DNA from: Octopus vulgaris
Lineage: Eukaryota
NCBI GenBank assembly: GCA_951406725.2
Contig: OX597817.1
Span: forward strand, 42,842,001 to 42,906,000
Length of the DNA: 64,000 nt
Reading direction: 5' to 3'
Shown here piece after piece: positions 1 through 13,600 of the stretch (the first letter of the stretch is position 1; the number at the start of each line of letters is the position of its first letter). Under the pieces are notes generated by a model, which saw only the letters and a list, made by a program, of their open reading frames with translations, was not told the DNA's origin and did no database searches. The position numbers were made by a program, and so were the translations under genes.

Positions 1-444
1 TAAAAATCAACATATATGAAAGTGTTGTCTAATGTCCACAAACAATACATAATCCATTATAAAAATGTTAAATTAATTAGTAAAATCATTTTGCTGTGAA
101 GAAAAGAAGTCATCTAACGTTTCTTGGTAGGACCTTTTATTAGAGGGAGAGTGAGAATGCTTATTGATAGAAAATAATTCATCTCTAATGAAAATGTTTG
201 CTCAAAATATTAGGCTTCTTCTCTTCTTCATAGCAAAACAATGTCTTTCACTTTGTGAACTGTTTGTATAAACAAGTTAGTCTATTTGGTGAGACAGTTC
301 AAAAATAAGTGTTGCATGTAATTGGGAGTTATTAATTAGGAATTATTAGTTATGTCTTCACAAAGGAAGTGGCATAACATCTGAATGGTGCTTAGTTATA
401 TATATATATTTGTAAATAGTCTTGTGGAACTTAAATTTGATATA

Positions 445-773
445 TCTTTCACTAGACTGTTGCCATGCTGGGGCAACATCTTGAAGTGTTTTCGGTTGAA
501 TGAATCAACCCAGAACTTATATTTTAAAGCCTGGTACTTATTCTATCGGTCTCTTTTGCTGAACCACTAAGTAACGGGGATGTAAACACGCCAACACTGG
601 TTGTCAAGCAGTGGTAAGGGACAAAGACACACACACAATGGGCTTCTTTTAGTTTCTGTCTATCAAATCCACTCACAAAGCTATGGTTGTCTGAAGATGC
701 TTCTCAGTGGGACTGAACCCAGGATCATGTGGCTGTGAAGCAAACTTCTTACCACACAGCCACACCTGCGCCT
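445..773 (-). mobile_element. SINE family A
   Basis: Reverse complement of the family A head (accacacagccacacctgcgcc) and body. Confidence 0.8.
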
Positions 774-1434
774 GTATATTTATTTAAAATATAATTGTCC
801 AGAAGTTGATGATGATGATGAAGTTGTATTAATGAGAAATGAAGATATCTAAATATGCCCCTTCTGCCAACAATAAGATAGAATACCTAAAGTAGATTTG
901 AACTTTTGTTCTATGCTTTACATTATTAATACAGACGATAGGGGTGAGATGCAAAAAAATCCTTTTCATAAATCCTATTCAGTAGACTAAACTTCGACTG
1001 GATTTGAACTTTCATCCAATACATTATAACGATCAATAAATGAATAAATAAACCCAAAGTATTCTATGCAATGAAAATGGTTGGAAAGTAAAATTACATG
1101 CCATGTGATGATATTAAAAAAAAACTATACTGGATATTCTGCTGTGTCTGGGGAGAGTCATTTTCTTTTTTGCCTTATAATGTAACACACTCACCAGTAA
1201 AATTTCCACTTTTTTCTTATTTTTATTTTCCTAAAATTTTTGTTGCGTCTTGCAACCTTTTCAATAGTCTTGACTCTGTCCGTTATTTACACTCTTCAAC
1301 ACATGAACTCATGTAAAGAATCTTGCAAAACAAATCCAAAAACGAAATATACTGAATATGTTCCTTGTGAATTATAAATCTTTGCTCTTGATTTAATATC
1401 TAAGTTAAAAGTTGTTTGTTTGTCTTTTTTACAG

Positions 1435-1692
1435 GTTCAACGCCAAGTAATTACCAATCTAACAACACGAGATGAAGCATTGGAGTACATCGAAAAGCTT
1501 TGTCTCCAGCTCCTTTTCACATTGTGTGCAGTGCCATTACATACCATCCAAGATGTGGAGGAACGTGTACAAAAAATCATCCCCACATCAATTAATGTAT
1601 GGACGATACGAGAGGCACAAGGTGCCCTCGAGAAAGGCAAAAAGAACACGTTGGTTTTGCCAGTGGAGAAGGTACACAATCTCCTCATCAAG
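1435..1692 (+). CDS. SOS: SOS exon A (histone-fold domain), VQRQV...HNLLIK
   Basis: tttacag|GTTCAA...AAG|gtcagt; 258 nt, phase 0/0; [24 protein letters not shown]. Confidence 0.95.
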
Positions 1693-4600
1693 GTCAGTTA
1701 TTTGATATTTTATAGTAAATATGCCTGTGCTCTATCAACGAGTTCAGTGAGTTTTTATTGGACTCTTTACTAATCAGGTAGAGATTTTCAAAATGAGAAC
1801 ACGTTTTTAGATTACTCATGTAATACACACACACACAAAAAAAAATTCATTTGTGACAATTTCTTCATTGTTGATATTTTCAACTTAAATAACCTGCTTA
1901 TTGCCAGGGAGTAGATATTCAAATTATTGTAAAACAAGCATTACAGTATCATCATCCCATCTGTTCTTCCTTGTTAATATGAGTTAGATGAGTCATCAAA
2001 AGGCGGGCCAGTTCTTATTTGGAGTAACTGCTCCAGTGTGTGTGTGTAGAGAGAGAGAGAGAGGCGTGGTTGTGAGTATATCTGCATGTATACTTCTCTC
2101 TCTCTTTCTCTTTCATCATCATCATCATCATTTAATGTCCCTTTCTCCATGTTGGTATGGGTTGGATGGTTTAACAAGAACAGACAAGCCAGAGGTTTCT
2201 GTCAGGTTCTATGTCTGCTTTGGCATGGTTTCTACAGCTGGATGCCCTTCTTAAGAGTGTACTGGGTGCTTTTTATGTGGCACCAGCACCAGTGAGGTTG
2301 CCAAGTATCTGCAAGATAAATTCCCTCAACTGAGCTGGGTATAGACTGGAGAAAGAAACTATGAGAGGAAGAAGGGCAGGTGTCTTGCTGAAGGGGTGAA
2401 TAGCTTGCCCAACTGGAAAGTGAGAGAGAAGAAGAAAGAGTTGTGAGGTCTAGATACAACATAAGACAGAATAGGAAGTGCATTGAGTAAGAATAGCATG
2501 ACTGAAGATTAGAAATAGGCAATGGGTTTGATGCAGAGGATATCAGTTCAATGTAGCAAGACGTGAAGAAAATAGATGTATATATCCTCATCATCATCAT
2601 TGTTTAACGTCCGCCTTCCACACTAACATGGGTGGGATGGTTTCACAAGAGCCAGCCAGGCAGCAACATGCACCAATATTCTGTGACTGTTTTGGCAGGA
2701 TTTTTACAGCTGGATGCCCCTCCTAACAGCAACCACTCAGCACAGTGGACTTAGTGCTTTTTACGTGGCACAAGCACAAGCAAGGTCAGTTTCAGTAAGA
2801 TTTTTACAGCTGGATGCCCTTTCAAATACCAACCAGTTTACAGTGTGGACTGGGTGCTTTTAAGTAGCATCTGCACTGACAGAGTCACCAAGTACTCGCA
2901 AGACAAAAAAAAGGAAAAAAAACTTTCAAAAAGGAGGAGGTGGTCTTGTGTTGGATGATGAAAGGTTATAGTGAGACAGAGAGACAAACATGTGTCTTGG
3001 TGTAGAGGAAGTACAAGATGACCTGGCCAGAGAAAGTGAGAGAGATCAGGAATGAAAACAGAAATAGGTGCGCTACCACAAAGGAAATTCATGGTAACCT
3101 AACCTGAGGGAAGTGCAGGAGAAAGAGAGAGAGAGAGAGAGAGTGGGAGACAGCAGGATACAGATGGTAGCATACTCACAAGGGACGAGAATCAGAATAT
3201 AAACAGGATGGTTGAGTAAAGGAAAAGAGAGATATAGATGGTGATAAATGTCAGGCATACCTTGAGGTTCGAAACGCCATAATATGTGACAGGATATTGT
3301 GAAGGAAATGTGATTAAAGAGTGCAGAAGGGACAGGAGTGAGTGGCAAAAACCTGGGTGTATATAGAGTCAGGGATGGGGAGCTACTGGATAGCCGCAAT
3401 GATATATATTTCTTTTCATGTAATCTTTCATGTTACATGAACTAATGAACAAGATGTTTCTGATTTTCTTTTATAGTATTTTTCTAGTTTATTTTATTTT
3501 ATAGCTTTGTGGTATCAAAAACAGCCACTTTTTTTGTTGTATAAGTTTTGTCTTATGCCTAATTGTTAGAAAGTTCTCTAATAATGTAAAAATTGTTACG
3601 ATGGCCTAGCTGTATCCTTTAAATCCAAACTTTAAGTTTGGGTGCTAAAAAGCAACCTAATGATTCACATTAGCCATACATGTTGTGTACTTTCAATCAG
3701 TATAAAGAAATGATTAACCAAATTAAAAATTGAGGAACCAGACTTGGTGGTACCAGAAATTGATGCCAGAGTTTTGAGATTTCCGTGTTATATTTTTTGA
3801 ACGTGGCAGTTGCCAGCATTGCCTGACCGGCGTCCGTGTCAGTAACACGTAAGAGCACCAACCGATCATGGCCATTTGCCAGCCTCATCTGGCCCCTGTG
3901 CCGGTGGCATGTAAAAAGCACCCACTACACTCATGGAGTGGTTGGCGTTAGGAAGGGCATCCAGCTGTGGAAACACTGCCAGATCAGACTGGAGCCTGGT
4001 GCAGCCACTGGCTTCCCAGACCCCGGTCGAACCATCCAACCCATGCTAGCATGGAAAATGGACGTTAAACGATGATGATGATAGAGTGCTTATTGTAAAA
4101 TATTTAATACTATCTTCCTCATCATATTCATAAGCTGATATAACTTCTTGAACTATGCCTTGTCACTATTTACCAGGATCTCATTATTTGTCAGATGGGG
4201 TGTAGTTCTCTATGATAAAGGTTGTAGCTTGTTTTGCAACACACTTTTATTTACATACAAAATTTTGGTGATGTGTGTGCATGTTTGTACAAACATCAGA
4301 ACCAAACCATTAGAACAAGGATGTTGAGTAATAGGTGTGGACTGAGCAATGTTGATGTTAATAAAAAAAGATATTTTTGGTCAACAATTCCTGAGAAAGT
4401 CTTATCTTCAAGAATAACTGGCATAAATAAAATTATCCTATAAGAAACATAATATTTTTAAATGTTTGGGAGGGAATGTGTATGTGTTACTGTGGCAATT
4501 TTGATCATTAAAAGGAGTGAACTGGAAACGCTATTAACTTTCTTTTTATTGCCTGGCATTGAAGATAGTTCTTGGTGTGGTCTTACTGTTCAGCATCTAC

Positions 4601-7600
4601 TCCTGTGTGAGAGCTTTTTGTTTCTACCAAAAGTATTCAAGGTAGATTTCTGTTAGAATATTAACAGGTTATAAACGTTAGCATGCCAGGTGAAATGTTT
4701 AGCAGTATTTCTGTTGTCTTTATGTTTTGAGTTCAAATTCTGCCAAGGTCGACTTTGCCTCTCATCCTTTCAGGGTCGATAAATTAAGTACCAGTTGTAT
4801 ACTGGGGTCAATGTAATCGACTGGCTCCCTCCCCCAAAATTTCAGGCCTTGTGCCTAGAGTAGAAAAAACTATTAATGGATTATGCAATGACTACTCTAG
4901 ATTCCCATAGTGCATCCATAGTGCATCATAAATCCGTGGTCTCTGTTGTAGAAAGACATCCAAGTCATTGGTTTTAGATTTGCATCCATTCATTATTATT
5001 TCAAGAACTTATGAGAGTGCCAGATTCCCTCCTGCAATATGTACATTCTTTACTGTTTGGTTGTGTGCACATGAGCACTTTCCACAGAATCACGGTAGCC
5101 TTCATTATTTTAAGGACAAGTTTGTGCAGGCCATTATCACTTGGTAATCCTTACGTAGGTGTGTAACCAAAATCTGACGCAAAGGCTATACAGTGCCAGA
5201 CAGCTAACTTGAGAGGCTGTTTGTGTTGAGATTTTTCACAACCTGTAACTGAAGAGATGAAGAGGAAGCATGAAATTTTGTATTTTTATTTGTCATAAGA
5301 TTAGGAAAGGTATTATTCAAAACGTCTACCATCAACAGTTATAACTGACTGAATAAGGTTGCTGAAGGCTGAATACATCTGCCTTGCATCATCCACAGTT
5401 ATAGCCATGAATTCATTTCTAATGGCAGGGTTCCGTGTAGTGATGCTGTTTGTGAGGTGTTGCATTGGACTTATTATCAGTGATACCCTACATCCAAATG
5501 TCACATGGATTCAAGTCTGATGAACCAGAAGGCCAGATTTCTTTGGAGACAAACAGTGGAAGTTTCACCTTTGAAGTCATGTGCAGGTGCAGTTTTAGAC
5601 TAACATGTCCATCAGATCATAATGTTTAGTAATCCATGACAATCAGGACTTGATATAGGAGGTTGATGTTAAGACCAGCTTCAATGAAATTAGGTGCTTT
5701 CACCTGTCTGTCGCTTGTCTGGCTCCAAACATCATCACTGAGGCTGGTTTGTAGTAACCGATGACTCAGTTGACTGCAAGTTTATTTGGGGGTTTTTTTG
5801 TCAACAAAAATTGTTGCTTTCCTTCCCATGTACTTAAAATAGTTTAAAGAGCAATCTCAATTTAGATGCCTGATCTCATTAAAACAATTTCAGTTTAGTT
5901 GTCTGATCTCGTATAGAAACTAAGAATGGAAAATTCTGTTTAGGGGTTTGTGTGTAGTTGAAAGTTAATAATGGGTGGATGATTGAAATCCTGAGGTATA
6001 AGGGATAAATGTGTACCTTAGAGTTTAACAGACTGGTCAGAATGTGGTTTGGTGAAAGTTTCCTCAGTGTATATATTGTAATGGAGCAGTCTGATTGGAA
6101 ACTTCTGATTCAAAAGACTGGACATAGAATCCATAAGTGAACTACTTTGGAAGTTCTCCTGTTCATTTGTTTTGCTAATGTCAACCACTAGAACATTATT
6201 TCTGTTGGAGTTCTCAACAAGAGACCACTGGTGTGTTACATAGGAGAACAAACCTTTAGATTTGGTTCCACAAAAATTATATTGGTGGTCATTGAGAAGT
6301 CAGAGTAGCTCAGGGGATGCAGATAATGCTTGTTTATAACCATATCCATCAATTTTGAAATGTTTGAAGTGAGGAGGAGAATAGAGCTGTAAGATTAGTG
6401 AGAGTACTCATCTTGGAACTGTAGCACGCTGTCCCATTTTCTCATAAAATGCAGAGAGACAATGATTGAAGAATTTGAATGAGGATAGGAATAAATTGCA
6501 GAGCATCCTGCTAAGAATAATGGAGGGGGCACTATTAAGACTTGTCATTTCACTGGGTTGGTGTGATCAAGTTTTTGCATTTGGTGATTGTATGTGGAGA
6601 GCAAACAGATGGATTGGGTTAAGTGATTTTATCAGGAGTTTTGTTATATTTGTGTGTACAGTACAGAGTTAAAAGCAAAACATGTGGAAAATGTGACTTT
6701 ATGAGCAGAAATGCTGCATATAGAGCTATATTAGTTGAAGAATGGCAGGTAAGAGGTTTCTGTGAGCTAAGTACAGATCTCATAGCAAGGACCAAAATGC
6801 TCTGCCACAATTTGAAAAGTAAGAGAACTTGCAAGGAGTGGAATGTTCAAAGGCTTCTGTTTTCTTTGCTGATGACTGTCCAGGCCTTGCTGTGATAGTT
6901 AAACAATTCATAGTTTATGATGGGTTGGTGGAAATAGTCTTCAAATAATCTTCTGTAGTATAGCTATGGGTGAACCATTTGGGGCTTTGGTTGCATGAGG
7001 GACATGAAGAGACATACATAAGATGAAGATGTCAGTAACCTTAATTTTATGACTTTAGTTATACAGCACATTAATGTAGAACTGATGGAATTAGGACCAG
7101 TTAGCTGACTTGAAATATCAGAGTTCAGGGATTAAGATGTGCTAAGATGATCTGGTGGAAGCAGAAACAGTAATGGCTAAATAAAAGCTAAGTATGGAGG
7201 TGAGAAAAGAGTTTAGGACTATTCATGTATCAAATGTGTTGGTTAGGGATATATGTAGGTAAGGATACTAACTGATGCAGACAGTAAATTATAGCAAAGG
7301 CCCCTTGCACCAAAATAAGTGTATGTTAGAGTTACCATGGCTGACAACTCTGTAGAAAATATAGATTTCCATTTTAGATCTGCATATGTGTTTATACAGC
7401 AGTGTGTCTATATAATTATTTATAAGTGTGGTATAGTAACTCTAGCTATTAACACTCCTTGATGTGAATTTCTCTTTCTCCATGTAGTAACATGTGGAGA
7501 ATGGTCTGTTCTGTTAATGCCAGTGTGTTAGAATGAGCTCTGACCTGTGTACAGTAACGTAGGTATCTAATCAGGGTTGTCAGTCATTAGGTATACTTGT

Positions 7601-10600
7601 TAATATAGTGGCTCACTAATCAATGATTAGTTGAGAATTTACATGTCCAGTTAAACCATATGCAAGAGACCACATCACCAGTATGCTATGAAATATGGTT
7701 CACTTTTTTTCTTTCAAGAGAGAACTTGAGAGAGAGAGAAATGTGATGAAAGAGTTATCATGAATGCAGAATGCAAGAGTTCAAAAACGGTTCATGGTTT
7801 AGTGAGAAGTAGAGGCAGCAGATGACTTTAAAGGAGGGATTTTAAACCAAAATATTTAGAAGTCTTGGTTGCTAATGTCCATATAAGAGGAACAAATGAT
7901 AGAGAGAATGGATTCAACATTAGCACAGATGAAGTTGGAATATAGTTTGAATCCTGTACAGCAGAGATGGATTAAGAATAAAAGATGAAAGATATGTGTC
8001 TTCTGAAAGAAATATTTGTGGTTTACATAACAGGAAGTGGTGGGTAGGATCATAGTTGGATAGAAATTTGTAGATGTTGGTGTAGAGGAAGTAAAATAGT
8101 CTAAAGCAATGATTCTCGACCAGGGTCCATATAAGAATTTAAGAAGCTTGCTTCCCAACCACATGGTTCCGGGTTCAGTCCCACTGCGTGGCACCTTGGG
8201 CAAGTATCTTCTACTATAGCCTTGGGCCAACCAAAGTCTTGTGGGTAGATTTGGTAAACAGAAACTGAAAGAAACATGTTGTATGTATATATGCATGTGT
8301 CTGTGTTTATCCCCTCCCCCCTCATTGTTTAACAAATAGTGTTTATTTATGTCTGTGTAACTTAGTGGTTCGGCAATGAGACTGATAGAATAAGTACTGG
8401 CAATGCTTCAGCATGGCCACTGTTCTAATGCCTGAAACAAGTAAAAGAATAAAAGAATGCAATTCCTAATAATATTTAACTATAAAAATATGATACGATT
8501 TCTTAAACACTTATTGGCTAGGAGAGTCTATCTGGTTAAACAGGAGTCAAAAGGAGTCCATAGGTAAAAATCAGTTGAGAAACACTGATGCAGAGGATTG
8601 ATTTATTTTCTTTTATGTTCTGTGAGACAATTTTGTAAGCATCATCATTGTTTTAACATTCACTTCTCCATGCAATTTTGATCGTATACCTATTGTTTAG
8701 CCTGCTTTTTCTGAGCTCATCATACTCTGATAATGTGTTACTTCCTTTGGTGTTTGTGACTCAATTCCTTTTTGTCCCAGCATTGTTTATTGTGTGGTTA
8801 CTTCCCAACATTCAAATCACAGTTGGATTATTTAGCATGTTCTCTCTGGCTGAATGATTAAGTCCTCTTAGTGCATTTATAAAGATCTTTTACAACAAAA
8901 CCTGTTCGACTTTGTACCTCTTTGTCATTTCAAATGATATATCTCTCTTGCATTATTTTATGTCAGTCTATCTTCTTACATCTCTCATAATGCTTTTTGT
9001 CTCTTACTTACTCACAAAACACTTTGGTTTGTCTGTTAAAGTTATCAGTTGTCAAAATCACCACCAAATTTGACCATTTACTTAATTATTTTAACCCTGT
9101 AGCATTTAAACCAGCTACATGGAGCCCAAATTGTTATATGTTTTATGTTCAAACTGGTCAGATCTGGCCTCTCACACTTACCTTACAGTGTCATCCTCGT
9201 TAGTTTAGTTAGTTTGTCCACAATTACCCTGTAAGGAGCATGGGGTCATGACCATTTCATTGCCAATGGATGCAATCTTGGACTACCTCCTTGATTTGAG
9301 ACCAAGAGTGACCAATTGCTTTTGTTTCATCCTCCATGTATCCTTTCTAGGTCTTCTTAGGTTGTCCAACCATGCTCTTTCCTTCAGGATGTCTTGTGGC
9401 CAATCTAGCCCCATTTCCTTTTCAGAATTTCTTGATTGATGGGAGTTTGGTTTATTCTATCCCACAGACTTCTGTTTGAAATTTTATCCTGTCACCAGAT
9501 CTTGAGGATGTAGTGCAGACATTTTGTTGACGAGGGTCTGTAGCTTACTCTTTATGGCTTTGATGATGTTTCAAGTTTCTGACCTGTAAAGAAGAACAGC
9601 CTTGACGTTGGAATCCTTGCAAAATAAATTGTAATCTTAGAAAAATAAATTACATCATTGAAATCTGAAAGCTGCAAAGTAATGCATGATTAATTCAAAA
9701 CAATGTTAATAAATATGCATTATATTCGACAGTAATTTGAATGTTAAAGGGTTAAAGTGACATTGAGACTTCTCATAGATTTTTATTTGTAATGATCTTT
9801 TTATGAAACAAATCTTTTTTTATATAACTAATCACTCAAGGAAATAATTAATTTTCAAAATATTCAACAGTTCATTAAAAAGAATGCATTTGCAGCCCAT
9901 CACTTTTCACTGGCTATATTATTTGGGATTTAAAACAAAAAATAGTTTATATCCCCGTCTCCATTTCTTATTTATTCCTATACATTATAAACCAACCAGA
10001 AACATCACTCACTTTAACAGTCTTTGTTCATATGAAGATTTTCATATTATGTATTCCTTTTCTATTTTATTAACATTAATTGCTTTTGATTAAGCAGCTC
10101 ACTTTGCAACCATGTGGTTTCAGATGCAGTCCTACTGTGCTGCAGCTTGGGCCAGTGTTTTCTGCTATAGGCACATACCACCCCATGCCTTGTGAGTGAA
10201 ATTGGTTAGCAGAAACTATGTGGAAGTTCATTGTGTGTGTGAGAACATAATCTCTGTCCATGCTAACATGTGTTGGACGGTTTGACCTGGGCTGGCAAGC
10301 TGGAAGGCTGCACCAGACTCCAGTCTGATTTCACATGGTTTCTACAGCTGAATGTCCTTCCTAATGCCAACCACTCTGAGACTGTAGTGAGTGCTTTATG
10401 TGCCACAAGCATGGGTGCGATTTGTGTGGCACCACTATCAGCTCCAACTACGATTTTACTTGGCTTGATGGGTCTTCTTCTCAAGCACAACATAATGCCA
10501 AAGGTCTTGGTCATTCGTCATTGCTTGTGTGAAGCCCAACACTCGAAAGGAGCTTTTCAATGGCCACTGGCATCAGCCACTTTGCCTCCGTGAGGCCCAA

Positions 10601-13600
10601 AGCTTGAAAGGTGCTTTTTACGTGACACCAGCATCAGCCATGACTACAATTTTACTTGGCTTGACATGTCTTCTCATGTACAGCATATCGCCAAAGGTCT
10701 ATTCTTATACTCACAGCTATGCTCTTGGAGCATCCACCTCCACTATTAACTTGGTCACCTAGATAACAGAAACTGTCTACTACCTCTAGCTTACCCACCT
10801 GGCAGTTGATGTAGTCTATTTTCTGTACATTTTCGGTGTTTATTGTATCTGTGCATCTTCCACATACAAACGCTATTTTCCTCTGATATTGCTGCACCTC
10901 TTATGTGTCCATAGTTTACACCGGGTACATCTTATGGAGTTTCTACCTATGTCTTTTCTACAGATTGAGTAGGGCCATCTACCTGAAGGAATTTGTGATT
11001 TGTCTGCCTTCCTACTTACTAAGACTTTGGTTTTTGCTAGGTTAACTCTAAGGCCCTTCAATTTTAGACCTTGCTTCCATACCTGAAACTTCTTCTCTAG
11101 TTCTGGTAGTGGTTCAGCTATAAGAACAAGGTCATCAATACAGAAGAACCCTCAAGAGCAGCTTGTCTTAAATTCCACTGTTATTTCCTGGGGGACTATT
11201 ATTGTGAGAATGCAATGAACTGTGTGTATGCATGCTTATGTTCTAAACTGATAGATTCTTGTCATGTTCTGTGTGATTAGTACCAGAGATGGTAATATTG
11301 TCTATGTATGCACAGGTTCCCTTGATCTTCAAACAACATAAACATGCATACACACAGTTCATTGCATTCTCCCAACAACCATCATGAAGAAGAGGGGACT
11401 GAGGACCAATCCTTGGTGAACCCTACTCATACCCTGAATTCTTTGCTGTACTTGTTGCCAACCCTCACTTTACTGACAGAGTCCCTGTACATGGCTTGTA
11501 CACCTCACCAACCACTCATCCATCCCTAGTTTCTGCATTGACCACCAGATAAGGGACTGGGGGACCCTGTCAAAGGCTTTCTCCCAGTCAACAAAAGCCA
11601 AGTACAGTGGTTAATCTTTCACTATCTATTTCTCCTGCTGCTACCTTACCACAAATGTAGCATCAATGGTGCTTCTCCCTGGCACAAAACCAAACTGCAT
11701 CTCATCTAGATTAACTCGCTCCCTAATTAGCTGGGCTATGACCCTCTCCCTAACTTTCATCACTTAATCCAACAATTTGATACCTCTGTAATTATTTCTA
11801 TCTAAGGCGTCACCTTTACCTTTGTAGCAGTTGACCTTGGTGCTGCAACATGAGTCATTGGGCATGACTCCTTCATGAACCACCTGATTTACAATACAGG
11901 TGACTAGACCATAACCTACACCACCAGATATTTTAAGCATTTCAGTGATGGGCCAGGGGTTTTCTCTATCTTCATATACCTAATTGCTTTATCTACCAAA
12001 GTTGATTTGGGTAGCTGGTCCCTCAATTGGGTCAGCATTTGGCAGACTCTCCTCCTCCCATTCATCCTCCACGTTCAGCAGTCTTTCATAATGGCATTTC
12101 CAAGCCTCTTTTTTTGCAGAATCATTAAATGCAAGTCCATGCAGACACATTTCTCTACTATGACATCACAATTCTCTCTCACATACTGTCTTGCAATCCG
12201 AAACACTTCAAATCTTTGGTCCTCACATCACTGAACATAGACAAACTTCTTTTCTGCTTTTCCTTTGACTAGATATACCTGTCTCCTAACTTCCCTTCTG
12301 GCTATCTGATACAGTTCTTTTCTACCCCCACTCTTCTACGCCTGCTTCTTTGTTTTAATGGTCCTGTCTATTGCATTGTTCTACCACTACATCACCTTAG
12401 GTCTGGATGGGACTTTGCACCAGCTGCAGATTTGGTCTGTAGCTCTCAGTAAGCTGTCCCACAGGAGTTCCCAGTTGCCCTCTGTCACAAGTCTGTAGTT
12501 CCTCCTCTCTCTCATCAAATTTCTCAATTAGGATGTCCCTAAATCTCTAACCATATGAAGGGTCCTTAAGCTTCCAAATCCTTTTCCAGATTGGTCTGCT
12601 TCTTGGCATCCTTCTGGCCTGGAGTCTAAAGTCACTAATGACTAGTCTATGCTGGGAGGGTACATTCTTCACCAGGGTGGGTCTTTGTATTTAGGAGCAA
12701 CCATGCATCCTACTGTCTAGTGAGAATGTAATTGATCTGGCTAGCATAGTCACCTGATCAGTAGGTTATCAGGTGGCTAGCTTCCTGAAGTTGGTGTTGC
12801 AGATCAATAGGTTATTCACATCAGAGAACTCCAGTAGCTTTGTTTCCTCTTCGTTTTGAGAACCAATACCATGGCCCCTATGTACACCATGGAAAATACC
12901 GGGCTGCTGTTTGACATACCCATTGAAATCCCCAGTCACAAAGATGAGATCATTGTCACTCATTTTTGAGTTAGCCTGCAGAAGAATATCATAAAAGTGA
13001 TACTTTTGTTCATTTGGTAGGCCCACTTGGGTGGCATAGGCAGAGATAATTGTCACTATACTATTCTACAAGACTAGCCTGAGCTTTAGTACTCTATCGC
13101 ACACTCCGACTTACCTCTATGACCTTATCCACCCATTTCTCTGCAAGAAGTATGCCCACACCACCTATCCTGTCACTGTTACCTTCCCAGAAGATTTTAT
13201 ACTTATGTGTCTTACCTGTGAGGAACCTGGCAGAAGTTCCTCTCCACCTACATATATATATATATATACATGGGTGAGTGGAAAACAAAAGAAAGAGGCA
13301 CACATTTAGTAGGAGTTACATATATTATTATTTAAAACAGTTTGATTTGGTTCCGTGAAATTTAGTTTCACAGGCTTCTAACAGAAACCTGGCTTGTTCA
13401 GGCTCACATCATCTGATTAATCTGAGCTCAGCCAGCCCCTCTCTTGACGATTAGTGTTGCTTTGTGTGTCTTCATACATTAACAGTTCAGTAAAAGAGAC
13501 TAATAGAATTAGTAACAGATTTTTAAAAAAGTACTGGGGTTAGGCTATGTCCCAGCTTGGCTGCAGTCCCGTGAATGAAACCAGTAAAAGGTAATATCTG

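Noticed and set aside
13330-13395. Second hammerhead or Penelope-like motif on the minus strand (gtgaaa..tttcac hairpin)
   Set aside because: Core nucleotides are too degenerate to support a call.
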